Of a stretch of DNA of 64,000 bases, positions 61,951 through 64,000 are shown in pieces; position 1 is the first letter of the stretch, and the number at the start of each line of letters is the position of its first letter. The position numbers were made by a program, and so were the translations under genes. The notes below the pieces were generated by a model, which saw nothing but the letters and a program-made list of their open reading frames with translations, was not told the DNA's origin and did no database searches. The DNA is from a virus (taxonomy: Duplodnaviria; Caudoviricetes), in IMG/VR virus record IMGVR_UViG_3300043812_000026; one strand, given 5' to 3'.

Positions 61951-62468
61951 TACTTATCACTGTCCTTTGTTGGGTCTGGAGTGTCTGGGTTTGCTGAATT
62001 AACGTCTGCTGAGCTAGAGTCAGAACTAGCTGGTTGAGCTTGACTAGTTGCGTTAGCTGGACCCGGGTTCGTCCCATTAAACATATTCATCATATTAGAT
62101 AATGTACCACCATCAGGACTTGCAGGTGTAGTAGACGAGCTATCAGCAGAACTAGCTGGGGTAGTTGGTTGAATTGAACTAGAATCTCCTGAAATACTGT
62201 TATCGCCTTTAGAAGCTGAAACTAAACCATTCAATTGTGCTTCAAGAGTATTAATCTTTTTAATTAGTGGGTCATCACTTGATACAGTCCAGCTATTAGT
62301 GTTCCAATCATAACGAATACCACGATTTCCTAAACTAGCGTCTGGCATCGAAGTAACGATTGGTAACTGTACATGAGCATTTTCTGGTACAAATACAGGA
62401 TAGTAGTAGTTACCATTTTCATCTGGATAATCTGTTGTCATATATGCTTGCGTAAACTTAACAACCAT
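61950..62468 (-). CDS. Tail-fibre-assembly-like protein with Ser/Pro-rich tail
   Basis: RYDWNTNSW motif, short coiled coil, precedes XkdX-like gene. Confidence 0.5.
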   Translation of the reverse strand: MVVKFTQAYMTTDYPDENGNYYYPVFVPENAHVQLPIVTSMPDASLGNRGIRYDWNTNSWTVSSDDPLIKKINTLEAQLNGLVSASKGDNSISGDSSSIQPTTPASSADSSSTTPASPDGGTLSNMMNMFNGTNPGPANATSQAQPASSDSSSADVNSANPDTPDPTKDSDK

Positions 62469-62582
62469 TTTAATTGCTCCTTTAATTTATTCTTTCTTAG
62501 TATACTAGAAAGTCTCTTTTGTCTTGCTTTAATATAGTTGAATCTAAAAAGACAGGGATTAACCTGCCTCTTAATTATCATA

Positions 62583-63924
62583 TTAATCTTGTGTATACGC
62601 ACCCATCTTAAATTGACCATCAGTCGATCCCATTCGCATGACACCGACACTATCGTCTTCATAATCAAAACCAAAGTAATCAACTGAAATAGATGACTGA
62701 GTATCAAACATAAACTTAACATACATAATTCCATTATTATTAAGGTAAGGTTTCAAGGTATTAAAACTAATCCGGTATAGCTTATATTTTGAACTTAATT
62801 CATAATCAGAAAACTTTACCCACATATTATTAATAAAATCATATACATAAGGATGAATTGTTTGCTTATTACCCAAGCCCTTAACTTTCATATAAGTAGC
62901 AAGCGTCTTGATTGGGAAGCTATCTAATTTATTAAGCACTGCTTGTTTAGGAGTACTACCAGTTAAATTACCCCCTAAGAAAGTATAGAAGTCAATCCCC
63001 CCACCAATACCTAAAGAGTTATAATCAAAGTCTTTTGATAAGTTATCTATTCTTGACATTGCATTATAATCTTGTAATGGTAGCATTTCTACAAATGATT
63101 TTGATTGTCCTGTATCTAAGGTTTGAGCTGGTTGGTAATCCTTTAAAACCTTACCAAGCCAAACCATATTATGAAAACCGCCGGGAGTGTAGTATTTCTT
63201 TCCTCCATTTAACAAGCTATCGTTATAAATAAACGGATCAGTTACATGGATAGTTCGATCAAAATTAGGAAGAATATAATTAGCGTCTCTTTCAGTAAAC
63301 CCAATATAATCAACATCTTCGGTTACAAAGTTATATTTATCATAAGCAGTAAAGTCAATAATTGGTGCTTTAGTACTTAATACATTAACTAGGGAAGTAA
63401 TAACCCAGATAACCCCAGCAGGTCTAAATAGATTAATAATTTCACCAGCAATTGTATTAATTGGAGAATCAATCTGAACGTCAATTACTGCATAGCGGTA
63501 GTAAGTAGAAGGGATAAAATTTGTAAGTATTCCACTTGCTAGAATTCCAGATAAACATATCACGATAAGGCTCATAAATATAAATATTACCTACGTTAGT
63601 ATGCAAGTAATCAGCAAGTGCTTGTCTAATACTGTTATTCGTACTTCGACTATGCAAAACATGGTGTTTTAACTTTTCACGATAAGTATAATCATTTTCA
63701 CCACTTAGACGTTGCAACCCCAACCAGCTACCCCAATAGTCAAGCCAAACACCCCTAGCAGTATCTAAGTAAGAGTCAATCTTAGTCGAATACATACTAG
63801 CTTCTGCCCGATCTACTTCATACTGGAGCGCATTAATCAGAGCATCATTAACTTCCCCTGTAGGCTTATTATAACCCCTTAAAGCACCTTTCCATAATGG
63901 ATGTAAGTTATTAGCAATACTCAT
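62583..63924 (-). CDS. Baseplate wedge/tail morphogenetic protein, +1 frameshift at 63511-63513
   Basis: LDTARG.WLDYWG...GL.R..GE.D..YR and FRPAGV motifs; corrected 446 aa. Confidence 0.78.
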
Positions 63925-64000
63925 AACCTACACCCCCTATTTACCAATTCCATTAGCTAATACACTTGGCAAGGAATCATCTTGTGGTGCTTTATCATTG

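Noticed and set aside
6761-63232. Short antisense or nested ORF-track entries (e.g. 6761, 9040, 10138, 18076, 20604, 26850, 31279, 42983, 43439, 57110-58822, 62438, 63035)
   Set aside because: They overlap well-supported genes and lack SD or recognisable motifs; shadow ORFs

Overview
64 kb of an AT-rich lytic myophage genome with Herelleviridae (SPO1/Twort-like) gene content. The host is probably a lactobacillus; this is inferred from gene content only. Left arm (+ strand, 1-18.4 kb): PnuC-family transporter, XRE regulator, Mre11/SbcD nuclease, SF2 helicase, and a family-A DNA polymerase interrupted by a LAGLIDADG intein and two near-identical ORF-less group I introns that enclose a 10-nt micro-exon. 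These are followed by a ~380-nt structured non-coding leader ahead of a TerD-like-domain protein, thymidine kinase and small genes. Middle (- strand, 18.7-26.8 kb): an early/host-takeover-type array of short genes, nearly all behind a repeated sigma70 promoter, with five copies of an ORF-less promoter+stem-loop cassette. Right arm (- strand): a TnpA-less IS200/IS605 TnpB element inside a small membrane gene, Ig/FN3-like virion proteins, sigma factor, free-standing homing-type endonuclease, RecA, SSB, deoxynucleoside kinase, resolvase, primase, SbcC, DnaB helicase, holin and baseplate genes. Eight single-base +1 frameshifts look like sequencing errors. The best candidate for an undescribed system is the covarying tandem RNA motif, one copy carrying a tRNA-Ser anticodon-arm mimic, transcribed with the TerD-like gene (10417-12946). 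All calls were made by eye; no searches or folding were run.
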